Origin: Eledone cirrhosa
Taxonomy: Eukaryota
DNA length: 64,000 bases
Assembly (NCBI GenBank): GCA_964016885.1
Contig: OZ024750.1
Span: 34,286,001 to 34,350,000, forward strand
Direction of reading: 5' to 3'
Position numbers and translations under genes: made by a program. The notes below the pieces were generated by a model. The model ran no database searches, was not told the origin of the DNA, and saw only the letters and a program-made list of their open reading frames with translations. Within the stretch, counting starts at the first letter, position 1. Each line of letters starts with the position of its first letter. This document shows, piece after piece, positions 42,450-55,700 of the stretch.

Positions 42450-45400
42450 TGAGTCTTATCCTAACACATGGGCAGCTTGAGTCTTATCCTAACATGGGGA
42501 GCTTGAGTCTTATCCTAACACATGGGCAGCTTCAGTCTTATCCTAACATGGGCAGCTTCAGTCTTATCCTAACACATGGGCAGCTTGAGTCTTATCCTAA
42601 CATGGGCAGCTTCAGTCTTAACCGAACACATGGGCAGCTTGAGTCTTATCCTAACACATGGGCAGCTTGAGTCTTATCCTAACATGGGCAGCTTGAGTCT
42701 TATCCTAACACATGGGCAGCTTGAGTCTTATCCTAACATGGGCAGCGCGAGTCTTATCCTAACACATGGGCAGCTTGAGTCTTATCCTAACACATGGGCA
42801 GCTTGAGTCTTATCCTAACATGGGCAGCTTGAGTCTTATCCTAACACATGGGCAGCTTGAGTCTTATCCTAACATGGGCAGCTTGAGTCTTATCCTAACA
42901 TGGGCAGCTTGAGTCTTATCCTAACACATGGGCAGCTTCAGTCTTATCCTAACACAAGGGCAGCTTGAGTCTTATCCTAACACATGGGCAGCTTGAGTCT
43001 TATCCTAACACATGGGCAGCTTCAGTCTTATCCTAACACATGGGCAGCTTGAGTCTTATCCTAACACATGGGCAGCTTGAGTCTTATCCTAACACAAGGG
43101 CAGCATGAGTCTTATCCTAACACATGGGCAGCTTGAGTCTTATCCTAACACATGGGAAGCTTCAGTCTTATCCTAACACATGGGCAGCTTGAGTCTTATC
43201 CTAACACAAGGGCAGCTTGGAGACTTATCCTAACACATGGGCAGCTTGAGTCTTATCCTAACACATGGGCAGCTTCAGTCATATCCTAACACATGGGCAG
43301 CTTGAGTCTTATCCTAACATGGGCAGCTTGAGTCTTATCCTAACATGGGCAGCTTCAGTCTTATCCTAACATGGGCAGCTTCAGTCTTATCCTAACATGG
43401 GCAGCTTCAGTCTTATCCTAACACATGGGCAGCTTCAGTCTTATCCTAACATGGGCAGCTTGAGTCTTATCCTAACACATGGGCAGCTTGAGTCTTATCC
43501 TAACACATGGGCAGCTTGAGTCTTATCCTAACACATGGGCAGCTTGAGTCTTATCCTAACATGGGCAGCTTGAGTCTTATCCTAACATGGGCAGCTTGAG
43601 TCTTATCCTAACATGGGCAGTTTCAGTCTTATCCTAACATGGGCAGCTTCAGTCTTATCCTAACATGGGCAGCTTGAGTCTTATCCTAACATGGGCAGCT
43701 TGAGTCTTATCCTAACATGGGCAGCTTGAGTCTTATCCTAACATGGGCAGCTTGAGTCTTATCCTAACATGGGCAGCTTGAGTCTTATCCTAACATGGGC
43801 AGCTTCAGTCTTATCCTAACATGGGCAGCTTGAGTCTTATCCTAACATGGGCAGCTTCAGTCTTATCCTAACACATGGGCAGCTTCAGTCTTATCCTAAC
43901 ATGGGCAGCTTCAGTCTTATCCTAACATGGGCAGCTTCAGTCTTATCCTAACATGGGCAGCTTCAGTCTTATCCTATAATGGGCAGCTTCAGTCTTATCC
44001 TAACATGGGCAGCTTCAGTCTTATCCTAACACATGGGCAGCTTCAGTCTTATCCTAACATGGGCAGCTTCAGTCTTATCCTAACATGGGCAGCTTGAGTC
44101 TTATCCTAACATGGGCAGCTTCAGTCTTATCCTAACATGGGCAGCTTGAGTCTTATCCTAACATGGGCAGCTTCAGTCTTATCCTAACACATGGGCAGCT
44201 TCAGGCTTATCCTAACATGGGCAGCTTGAGTCTTATCCTAACATGGGCAGCTTGAGTCTTATCCTAACACATGGGCAGCTTGAGTCTTATCCTAACACAT
44301 GGGCAGCTAGAGTCTTATCCTAACACATGGGCAGCTTGAGTCTTATCCTAACACATGGGCAGCTTGAGTCTTATCCTAACACATGGGCAGCTTCAGTCTT
44401 ATCCTAACACATGGGCAGCTTGAGTCTTATCCTAACACATGGGCAGCTTGAGTCTTATCCTAACACAAGGGCAGCATGAGTCTTATCCTAACACATGGGC
44501 AGCTTGAGTCTTATCCTAACACATGGGAAGCTTCAGTCTTATCCTAACACATGGGCAGCTTGAGTCTTATCCTAACACATGGGCAGCTTCAGTCTTATCC
44601 TAACATGGGCAGCTTGAGTCTTATCCTAACACATGGGCAGCTTGAGTCTTATCCTAACACATGGGCAGCTTGAGTCTTATCCTAACACATGGGCAGCTTG
44701 AGTCTTATCCTAACATGGGCAGCTTGAGTCTTATCCTAACATGGGCAGCTTGAGTCTTATCCTAACATGGGCAGTTTCAGTCTTATCCTAACATGGGCAG
44801 CTTCAGTCTTATCCTAACATGGGCAGCTTGAGTCTTATCCTAACATGGGCAGCTTGAGTCTTATCCTAACATGGGCAGCTTGAGTCTTATCCTAACATGG
44901 GCAGCTTGAGTCTTATCCTAACATGGGCAGCTTGAGTCTTATCCTAACATGGGCAGCTTCAGTCTTATCCTAACATGGGCAGCTTGAGTCTTATCCTAAC
45001 ATGGGCAGCTTCAGTCTTATCCTAACACATGGGCAGCTTCAGTCTTATCCTAACATGGGCAGCTTCAGTCTTATCCTAACATGGGCAGCTTCAGTCTTAT
45101 CCTAACATGGGCAGCTTCAGTCTTATCCTATAATGGGCAGCTTCAGTCTTATCCTAACATGGGCAGCTTCAGTCTTATCCTAACACATGGGCAGCTTCAG
45201 TCTTATCCTAACATGGGCAGCTTCAGTCTTATCCTAACATGGGCAGCTTGAGTCTTATCCTAACATGGGCAGCTTCAGTCTTATCCTAACATGGGCAGCT
45301 TGAGTCTTATCCTAACATGGGCAGCTTCAGTCTTATCCTAACACATGGGCAGCTTCAGGCTTATCCTAACATGGGCAGCTTGAGTCTTATCCTAACATGG

Positions 45401-47900
45401 GCAGCTTGAGTCTTATCCTAACACATGGGCAGCTTGAGTCTTATCCTAACACATGGGCAGCTAGAGTCTTATCCTAACACATGGGCAGCTTGAGTCTTAT
45501 CCTAACACATGGGCAGCTTGAGTCTTATCCTAACATGGGCAGCTTGAGTCTTATCCTAACATGGGCAGCGCGAGTCTTTTCCTAACACATGGGCAGCTTG
45601 AGTCTTATCCTAACATTGGCAGCTTGAGTCTTATCCTAACACATGGGCAGCTTGAGTCTTATCCTAACACATGGGCAGCTTGAGTCTTATCCTAAAACAT
45701 GGGCAGCTTGAGTCTTATCCTAACATGGGCAGCTTGAGTCTTATCCTAACATGGGCAGCTTGAGTCTTATCCTAACACATGGGCAGCTTGAGTCTTATCC
45801 TAACATGGGGAGCTTGAGTCTTATCCTAACACATGGGCAGCTTCAGTCTTATCCTAACATGGGCAGCTTCAGTCTTATCCTAACACATGGGCAGCTTGAG
45901 TCTTATCCTAACATGGGCAGCTTCAGTCTTAACCGAACACATGGGCAGCTTGAGTCTTATCCTAACACATGGGCAGCTTGAGTCTTATCCTAACATGGAC
46001 AGCTTGAGTCTTATCCTAACACATGGGCAGCTTGAGTCTTATCCTAACATGGGCAGCGCGAGTCTTATCCTAACACATGGGCAGCTTGAGTCTTATCCTA
46101 ACACATGGGCAGCTTGAGTCTTATCCTAACATGGGCAGCTTGAGTCTTATCCTAACACATGGGCAGCTTGAGTCTTATCCTAACATGGGCAGCTTGAGTC
46201 TTATCCTAACATGGGCAGCTTGAGTCTTATCCTAACACATGGGCAGCTTCAGTCTTATCCTAACACAAGGGCAGCTTGAGTCTTATCCTAACACATGGGC
46301 AGCTTGAGTCTTATCCTAACACATGGGCAGCTTCAGTCTTATCCTAACACATGGGCAGCTTGAGTCTTATCCTAACACATGGGCAGCTTGAGTCTTATCC
46401 TAACACAAGGGCAGCATGAGTCTTATCCTAACACATGGGCAGCTTGAGTCTTATCCTAACACATGGGAAGCTTCAGTCTTATCCTAACACATGGGCAGCT
46501 TGAGTCTTATCCTAACACAAGGGCAGCTTGGAGACTTATCCTAACACATGGGCAGCTTGAGTCTTATCCTAACACATGGGCAGCTTCAGTCATATCCTAA
46601 CACATGGGCAGCTTGAGTCTTATCCTAACATGGGCAGCTTGAGTCTTATCCTAACATGGGCAGCTTCAGTCTTATCCTAACATGGGCAGCTTGAGTCTTA
46701 TCCTAACATGGGCAGCTTCAGTCTTATCCTAACACATGGGCAGCTTCAGTCTTATCCTAACATGGGCAGCTTGAGTCTTATCCTAACACATGGGCAGCTT
46801 GAGTCTTATCCTAACACATGGGCAGCTTGAGTCTTATCCTAACACATGGGCAGCTTGAGTCTTATCCTAACATGGGCAGCTTGAGTCTTATCCTAACATG
46901 GGCAGCTTGAGTCTTATCCTAACATGGGCAGTTTCAGTCTTATCCTAACATGGGCAGCTTCAGTCTTATCCTAACATGGGCAGCTTGAGTCTTATCCTAA
47001 CATGGGCAGCTTGAGTCTTATCCTAACATGGGCAGCTTGAGTCTTATCCTAACATGGGCAGCTTGAGTCTTATCCTAACATGGGCAGCTTGAGTCTTATC
47101 CTAACATGGGCAGCTTCAGTCTTATCCTAACATGGGCAGCTTGAGTCTTATCCTAACATGGGCAGCTTCAGTCTTATCCTAACACATGGGCAGCTTCAGT
47201 CTTATCCTAACATGGGCAGCTTCAGTCTTATCCTAACATGGGCAGCTTCAGTCTTATCCTAACATGGGCAGCTTCAGTCTTATCCTATAATGGGCAGCTT
47301 CAGTCTTATCCTAACATGGGCAGCTTCAGTCTTATCCTAACACATGGGCAGCTTCAGTCTTATCCTAACATGGGCAGCTTCAGTCTTATCCTAACATGGG
47401 CAGCTTGAGTCTTATCCTAACATGGGCAGCTTCAGTCTTATCCTAACATGGGCAGCTTGAGTCTTATCCTAACATGGGCAGCTTCAGTCTTATCCTAACA
47501 CATGGGCAGCTTCAGGCTTATCCTAACATGGGCAGCTTGAGTCTTATCCTAACATGGGCAGCTTGAGTCTTATCCTAACACATGGGCAGCTTGAGTCTTA
47601 TCCTAACACATGGGCAGCTAGAGTCTTATCCTAACACATGGGCAGCTTGAGTCTTATCCTAACACATGGGCAGCTTGAGTCTTATCCTAACATGGGCAGC
47701 TTGAGTCTTATCCTAACATGGGCAGCGCGAGTCTTATCCTAACACATGGGCAGCTTGAGTCTTATCCTAACATTGGCAGCTTGAGTCTTATCCTAACACA
47801 TGGGCAGCTTGAGTCTTATCCTAACACATGGGCAGCTTGAGTCTTATCCTAACACATGGGCAGCTTGAGTCTTATCCTAACATGGGCAGCTTGAGTCTTA
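42450..47900 (+). repeat. Duplication with offset 3311 bp containing a nested 1154-bp duplication
   Basis: TTAACCGAAC is at 42621 and 45932. The GCTTGGAGAC insertion variant is at ~43220 and ~46531. CCTATAATGGG is at 43977, 45131 and 47288. Confidence 0.9.
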
Positions 47901-49799
47901 TCCTAACATGGGCAGCGCGAGTCTTATCCTAACATGGGCAGCTTGAGTCTTATCCTAACACATGGGCAGCTTCAGTCTTATCCTAACATGGGCAGCTTGA
48001 GTCTTATCCTAACACATGGGCAGCTTCAGTCTTATCCTAACATGGGCAGCGCGAGTCTTATCCTAACACATGGGCAGCTTGAGTCTTATCCTAACACATG
48101 GGCAGCTTCAGTCTTATCCTAACATGGGCAGCTTGAGTCTTATCCTAACATGGGCAGCTTGAGTCTTATCCTAACATGGGCAGCGCGAGTCTTATCCTAA
48201 CATGGGCAGCTTGAGTCTTATCCTAACACATGGGCAGCTTCAGTCTTATCCTAACACATGGGCAGCTTCAGTCTTATCCTAACATGGGCAGCGCGAGTCT
48301 TATCCTAACACATGGGCAGCTTGAGTCTTATCCTAACACATGGGCAGCTTCAGTCTTATCCTAACATGGGCAGCGCGAGTCTTATCCTAACATGGGCAGC
48401 TTGAGTCTTATCCTAACACATGGGCAGCTTCAGTCTTATCCTAACATGGGCAGCGCGAGTCTTATCCTAACACATGGGCAGCTTGAGTCTTTTCCTAACA
48501 CATGGGCAGCTTCAGTCTTATCCTAACATGGGCAGCTTGAGTCTTATCCTAACATGGGCAGCTTGATTCTTATCCTAACACATGGGCAGCTTGAGTCTTA
48601 TCCTAACACATGGGCAGCTTGAGTCTTATCCTAACACATGGGCAGCTTGAGTCTTATCCTAACACATGGGCAGCATGAGTCTTATCCTAACACATGGGCA
48701 GCTTGAGTCTTATCCTAACATGGGCAGCTTGAGTCTTATCCTAACACATGGGCAGCTTGAGTCTTATCCTAACATGGGGAGCTTGAGTCTTATCCTAACA
48801 CATGGGCAGCTTCAGTCTTATCCTAACATGGGCAGCTTCAGTCTTATCCTAACACATGGGCAGCTTGAGTCTTATCCTAACTTGGGCAGCTTCAGTCTTA
48901 TCCTAACACATGGGCAGCTTGAGTCTTATCCTAACACATGGGCAGCTTGAGTCTTATCCTAACATGGGCAGCTTGAGTCTTATCCTAACACATGGGCAGC
49001 TTGAGTCTTATCCTAACATGGGCAGCGCGAGTCTTATCCTAACACATGGGCAGCTTGAGTCTTATCCTAACACATGGGCAGCTTGAGTCTTATCCTAACA
49101 TGGGCAGCTTGAGTCTTATCCTAACACATGGGCAGCTTGAGTCTTATCCTAACATGGGCAGCTTGAGTCTTATCCTAACATGGGCAGCTTGAGTCTTATC
49201 CTAACACATGGGAAGCTTGAGTCTTATCCTAACATGGGCAGCTTGAGTCTTATCCTAACACATGGGCAGCTTGAGTATTATCCTAACACATGGGCAGCTT
49301 CAGTCTTATCCTAACACAAGGGCAGCTTGAGTCTTATCCTAACACATGGGCAGCTTGAGTCTTATCCTAACACATGGGCAGCTTCAGTCTTATCCTAACA
49401 CATGGGCAGCTTGAGTCTTATCCTAACACATGGGCAGCTTGAGTCTTATCCTAACACAAGGGCAGCATGAGTCTTATCCTAACACATGGGCAGCTTGAGT
49501 CTTATCCTAACACATGGGAAGCTTCAGTCTTATCCTAACACATGGGCAGCTTGAGTCTTATCCTAACACAAGGGCAGCTTGAGTCTTATCCTAACACATG
49601 GGCAGCTTCAGTCTTATCCTAACATGGACAGCTTGAGTCTTATCCTAACACATGGGCAGCATGAGTCTTATCCTAACACATGGGCAGCTTGAGTCTTATC
49701 CTAACACAAGGGCAGCATGAGTCTTATCCTAACACATGGGCAGCTTCAGTCTTATCCTAACACATGGGCAGCTTGAGTCTTATCCTAACACATGGGCAG

Positions 49800-52700
49800 C
49801 TTGAGTCTTATCCTAACACATGGGCAGCTTGAGTCTTATCCTAACACATGGGCAGCTTTAGTCTTATCCTAACACAAGGGCAGCATGAGTCTTATCCTAA
49901 CACATGGGCAGCTTCAGTCTTATCCTAACACATGGGCAGCTTGAGTCTTATCCTAACACATGGGCAGCATGAGTCTTATCCTAACACAAGGGCAGCTTGA
50001 GTCTTATCCTAACACATGGGCAGCTTCAGTCTTATCCTAACACAAGGGCAGCATGAGTCTTATCCTAACACATGGGCAGCTTGAGTCTTATCCTAACACA
50101 TGGGCAGCTTGAGTCTTATCCTAACACATGGGCAGCTTGAGTCTTATCCTAACATGGGCAGCTTGAGTCTTCTCCTAACATGGGCAGCTTCAGTCTTATC
50201 CTAACATGGGCAGCTTCAGTCTTATCCTAACATGGGCAGCTTCAGTCTTATCCTAACACATGGGCAGCTTCAGTCTTATCCTAACATGGGCAGCTTGAGT
50301 CTTATCCTAACACATGGGCAGCGTCAGTCTTATCCTAACACATGGGCAGCTTGAGTCTTATCCTAACACATGGGCAGCTTGAGTCTTATCCTAACATGGG
50401 CAGCTTGAGTCTTATCCTAACATGGGCAGCTTGAGTCTTATCCTAACATGGGCAGCTTCAGTCTTATCCTAACATGGGCAGCTTCAGTCTTATCCTAACA
50501 TGGGCAGCTTGAGTCTTATCCTAACATGGGCAGCTTGAGTCTTATCCTAACATGGGCAGCTTGAGTCTTATCCTAACATGGGCAGCTTGAGTCTTATCCT
50601 AACATGGGCAGCTTGAGTCTTATCCTAACATGGGCAGCTTGAGTCTTATCCTAACATGGGCAGCTTCAGTCTTATCCTAACACATGGGCAGCTTCAGTCT
50701 TATCCTAACATGGGCAGCTTCAGTCTTATCCTAACATGGGCAGCTTCAGTCTTATCCTAACATGGGCAGCTTCAGTCTTATCCTAACATGGGCAGCTTCA
50801 GTCTTATCCTAACACATGGGCAGCTTCAGTCTTATCCTAACACATGGGCAGCTTGAGTCTTATCCTAACACATGGGCAGCTTTAGTCTTATCCTAACACA
50901 AGGGCAGCATGAGTCTTATCCTAACACATGGGCAGCTTCAGTCTTATCCTAACACATGGGCAGCTTGAGTCTTATCCTAACACATGGGCAGCATGAGTCT
51001 TATCCTAACACAAGGGCAGCTTGAGTCTTATCCTAACACATGGGCAGCTTCAGTCTTATCCTAACACAAGGGCAGCATGAGTCTTATCCTAACACATGGG
51101 CAGCTTGAGTCTTATCCTAACACATGGGCAGCTTGAGTCTTATCCTAACACATGGGCAGCTTGAGTCTTATCCTAACATGGGCAGCTTCAGTCTTATCCT
51201 AACATGGGCAGCTTCAGTCTTATCCTAACATGGGCAGCTTCAGTCTTATCCTAACACATGGGCAGCTTCAGTCTTATCCTAACATGGGCAGCTTGAGTCT
51301 TATCCTAACACATGGGCAGCGTCAGTCTTATCCTAACACATGGGCAGCTTGAGTCTTATCCTAACACATGGGCAGCTTGAGTCTTATCCTAACATGGGCA
51401 GCTTGAGTCTTATCCTAACATGGGCAGCTTGAGTCTTATCCTAACATGGGCAGCTTCAGTCTTATCCTAACATGGGCAGCTTCAGTCTTATCCTAACATG
51501 GGCAGCTTGAGTCTTATCCTAACATGGGCAGCTTGAGTCTTATCCTAACATGGGCAGCTTGAGTCTTATCCTAACATGGGCAGCTTGAGTCTTATCCTAA
51601 CATGGGCAGCTTGAGTCTTATCCTAACATGGGCAGCTTGAGTCTTATCCTAACATGGGCAGCTTCAGTCTTATCCTAACACATGGGCAGCTTCAGTCTTA
51701 TCCTAACATGGGCAGCTTCAGTCTTATCCTAACATGGGCAGCTTCAGTCTTATCCTAACATGGGCAGCTTCAGTCTTATCCTAACATGGGCAGCTTCAGT
51801 CTTATCCTAACACATGGGCAGCTTCAGTCTTATCCTAACATGGGCAGCTTCAGTCTTATCCTAACATGGGCAGCTTGAGTCTTATCCTAAAATGGGCAGC
51901 TTCAGTCTTATCCTAACATGGGCAGCTTGAGTCTTATCCTAACACATGGGCAGCTTCAGTCTTATCCTAACATGGGCAGCTTGAGTCTTATCCTAACATG
52001 GGCAGCTTGAGTCTTATCCTAACACATGGGCAGCTTGAGTCTTATCCTAACACATGGGCAGCTTGAGTCTTATCCTAACACATGGGCAGCTTGAGTCTTA
52101 TCCTAACACATGGGCAGCTTGAGTCTTATCCTAACATGGGCAGCTTGAGTCTTATCCTAACATGGGCAGCGCGAGTCTTATCCTAACACATGGGCAGCTT
52201 GAGTCTTATCCTAACATGGGCAGCTTGAGTCTTATCCTAACACATGGGCAGCTTGAGTCTTATCCTAACACATGGGCAGCTTGAGTCTTATCCTAACACA
52301 TGGGCAGCTTGAGTCTTATCCTAACCCATGGGCAGCTTGAGTCTTATCCTAACATGGGCAGCTTGAGTCTTATCCTAACATGGGCAGCTTGAGTCTTATC
52401 CTAACATGGGCAGCGCGACTCTTATCCTAACATGGGCAGCTTGAGTCTTATCCTAACACATGGGCAGCTTCAGTCTTATCCTAACATGCGCAGCTTGAGT
52501 CTTATCCTAACACATGGGCAGCTTCAGTCTTATCCTAACATGGGCAGCGCGAGTCTTATCCTAACACATGGGCAGCTTGAGTCTTATCCTAACACATGGG
52601 CAGCTTCAGTCTTATCCTAACATGGGCAGCGCGAGTCTTATCCTAACATGGGCAGCTTGAGTCTTATCCTAACACATGGGCAGCTTCAGTCTTATCCTAA

Positions 52701-55700
52701 CATGGGCAGCGCGAGTCTTATCCTAACACATGGGCAGCTTGAGTCTTTTCCTAACACATGGGCAGCTTCAGTCTTATCCTAACATGGGCAGCTTGAGTCT
52801 TATCCTAACATGGGCAGCTTGATTCTTATCCTAACACATGGGCAGCTTGAGTCTTATCCTAACACATGGGCAGCTTGAGTCTTATCCTAACACATGGGCA
52901 GCTTGAGTCTTATCCTAACATGGGCAGCTTGAGTCTTCTCCTAACATGGGCAGCTTCAGTCTTATCCTAACATGGGCAGCTTCAGTCTTATCCTAACATG
53001 GGCAGCTTCAGTCTTATCCTAACACATGGGCAGCTTCAGTCTTATCCTAACATGGGCAGCTTGAGTCTTATCCTAACACATGGGCAGCGTCAGTCTTATC
53101 CTAACACATGGGCAGCTTGAGTCTTATCCTAACACATGGGCAGCTTGAGTCTTATCCTAACATGGGCAGCTTGAGTCTTATCCTAACATGGGCAGCTTGA
53201 GTCTTATCCTAACATGGGCAGCTTGAGTCTTATCCTAACATGGGCAGCTTCAGTCTTATCCTAACATGGGCAGCTTGAGTCTTATCCTAACATGGGCAGC
53301 TTGAGTCTTATCCTAACATGGGCAGCTTGAGTCTTATCCTAACATGGGCAGCTTGAGTCTTATCCTAACATGGGCAGCTTGAGTCTTATCCTAACATGGG
53401 CAGCTTGAGTCTTATCCTAACATGGGCAGCTTCAGTCTTATCCTAACACATGGGCAGCTTCAGTCTTATCCTAACATGGGCAGCTTCAGTCTTATCCTAA
53501 CATGGGCAGCTTCAGTCTTATCCTAACATGGGCAGCTTCAGTCTTATCCTAACATGGGCAGCTTCAGTCTTATCCTAACACATGGGCAGCTTCAGTCTTA
53601 TCCTAACATGGGCAGCTTCAGTCTTATCCTAACATGGGCAGCTTGAGTCTTATCCTAAAATGGGCAGCTTCAGTCTTATCCTAACATGGGCAGCTTGAGT
53701 CTTATCCTAACACATGGGCAGCTTCAGTCTTATCCTAACATGGGCAGCTTGAGTCTTATCCTAACATGGGCAGCTTGAGTCTTATCCTAACACATGGGCA
53801 GCTTGAGTCTTATCCTAACACATGGGCAGCTTGAGTCTTATCCTAACACATGGGCAGCTTGAGTCTTATCCTAACACATGGGCAGCTTGAGTCTTATCCT
53901 AACATGGGCAGCTTGAGTCTTATCCTAACATGGGCAGCGCGAGTCTTATCCTAACACATGGGCAGCTTGAGTCTTATCCTAACATGGGCAGCTTGAGTCT
54001 TATCCTAACACATGGGCAGCTTGAGTCTTATCCTAACACATGGGCAGCTTGAGTCTTATCCTAACACATGGGCAGCTTGAGTCTTATCCTAACCCATGGG
54101 CAGCTTGAGTCTTATCCTAACATGGGCAGCTTGAGTCTTATCCTAACATGGGCAGCTTGAGTCTTATCCTAACATGGGCAGCGCGACTCTTATCCTAACA
54201 TGGGCAGCTTGAGTCTTATCCTAACACATGGGCAGCTTCAGTCTTATCCTAACATGCGCAGCTTGAGTCTTATCCTAACACATGGGCAGCTTCAGTCTTA
54301 TCCTAACATGGGCAGCGCGAGTCTTATCCTAACACATGGGCAGCTTGAGTCTTATCCTAACACATGGGCAGCTTCAGTCTTATCCTAACATGGGCAGCGC
54401 GAGTCTTATCCTAACATGGGCAGCTTGAGTCTTATCCTAACACATGGGCAGCTTCAGTCTTATCCTAACATGGGCAGCGCGAGTCTTATCCTAACACATG
54501 GGCAGCTTGAGTCTTTTCCTAACACATGGGCAGCTTCAGTCTTATCCTAACATGGGCAGCTTGAGTCTTATCCTAACATGGGCAGCTTGATTCTTATCCT
54601 AACACATGGGCAGCTTGAGTCTTATCCTAACACATGGGCAGCTTGAGTCTTATCCTAACACATGGGCAGCTTGAGTCTTATCCTAACACATGGGCAGCAA
54701 GAGTCTTATCCTAACACATGGGCAGCTTGAGTCTTATCCTAACATAGGCAGCTTGAGTCTTATCCTAACACATGGGCAGCTTGAGTCTTATCCTAACATG
54801 GGGAGCTTGAGTCTTATCCTAACACATGGGCAGCTTCAGTCTTATCCTAACATGGGCAGCTTCAGTCTTATCCTAACACATGGGCAGCTTGAGTCTTATC
54901 CTAACACATGGGCAGCTTGAGTCTTATCCTAACACATGGGCAGCTTGAGTCTTATCCTAACACATGGGCAGCTTGAGTCTTATCCTAACATGGGCAGCTT
55001 GAGTCTTATCCTAACACATGGGCAGCTTGAGTCTTATCCTAACATGGGCAGCGCGAGTCTTATCCTAACACATGGGCAGCTTGAGTCTTATCCTAACACA
55101 TGGGCAGCTTGAGTCTTATCCTAACATGGGCAGCTTGAGTCTTATCCTAACACATGGGCAGCTTGAGTCTTATCCTAACATGGGCAGCTTGAGTCTTATC
55201 CTAACATGGGCAGCGCGAGTCTTATCCTAACACATGGGCAGCTTGAGTCTTATCCTAACATGGGCAGCTTGAGTCTTATCCTAACATGGGCAGCTTGAGT
55301 CTTATCCTAACACATGGGCAGCTTGAGTCTTATCCTAACATGGGCAGCTTGAGTCTTATCCTAACATGGGCAGCGCGAGTCTTATCCTAACACATGGGCA
55401 GCTTGAGTCTTATCCTAACATGGGCAGCTTGAGTCTTATCCTAACACATGGGCAGCTTGAGTCTTATCCTAACACATGGGCAGCTTGAGTCTTATCCTAA
55501 CACATGGGCAGCTTGAGTCTTATCCTAACCCATGGGCAGCTTGAGTCTTATCCTAACATGGGCAGCTTGAGTCTTATCCTAACATGGGCAGCTTGAGTCT
55601 TATCCTAACATGGGCAGCGCGACTCTTATCCTAACATGGGCAGCTTGAGTCTTATCCTAACACATGGGCAGCTTCAGTCTTATCCTAACATGCGCAGCTT

